NCBI GenBank assembly: GCA_040285745.1 | Contig: JAUFOR010000008.1 | Location: forward strand, 930,001 to 994,000 | Reading direction: 5' to 3' | DNA length: 64,000 nt | Source of the DNA: Barthelona sp. PCE | Lineage: Eukaryota | In this document: in pieces, positions 63,860 to 64,000 of the stretch | Layout: every line of letters starts with the position of its first letter | Position numbering within the stretch: the first letter of the stretch is position 1 | Notes under the pieces: generated by a model | What the model was told of the DNA's origin: nothing | Database searches by the model: none | Seen by the model: the letters and a program-made list of their open reading frames with translations, nothing else | Made by a program: the position numbers and the translations under genes

Positions 63860-64000
63860 TTGTGAAAGGGAGTAAATATTTGGAAAGTGAAATCCTATGT
63901 TTTATTTGAATTTCAACCAACAAGAAGTGTGTTAGCAGCTTGATCAGATCAGTTTAGCTCACATCATGTTAGGAAAAACCAATTCTTTACATTGTTTTCC

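Noticed and set aside
1-64000. Alternative genetic code (TAA/TAG read as Gln, as in hexamitid diplomonads)
   Set aside because: Conserved proteins end at the expected residues on TAA or TAG (actin HRKCF-TAA, URM1 HGG-TAA, Tctex1 TAG), and long ORFs have no internal TAR codons.

Overview
Gene-dense, AT-rich eukaryotic (protist) genomic DNA read in the standard code, with about 35 mostly intronless genes and intergenic gaps often under 50 nt. Intron and poly(A)-signal style suggest a metamonad/fornicate-like organism (inference). Recognisable genes include TM9SF, a SET-domain methyltransferase, AMP deaminase, TFIIH p44, CFAP410-like LRR, IMP3, URM1, HPS1-like, OGT, actin, EDRF1-like, Rab-GDI, SLC12, UTP18, Tctex1, a Rab, TRAPPC10-like, a RING-pseudokinase-ankyrin protein and a RanBP1-domain protein. 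Two things stand out. (1) Splicing: five introns missed by the ORF track all end in a fixed 11-nt branch-point/acceptor unit, (C/A)TAAY-N4-AG. The Tctex1 intron appears to end in non-canonical AT at that fixed distance, actin has an 8-nt micro-exon, and every intron longer than 40 nt carries hairpins that collapse it to about 40-60 nt. (2) Accessory region: a GC-rich cassette (cyst-wall-protein-like LRR gene, propeller-like ORF, TMBIM gene) occurs as a near-identical inverted pair (1-2363 and 21604-23967) around 19.2 kb of core genes. The right copy continues through an RNase H2C-like gene into an unusually large hAT-like DDE transposase and mosaic ORFs, possibly a cargo-carrying element, but no TIR or TSD could be shown. 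All family calls come from motifs recognised by eye; no searches were run.
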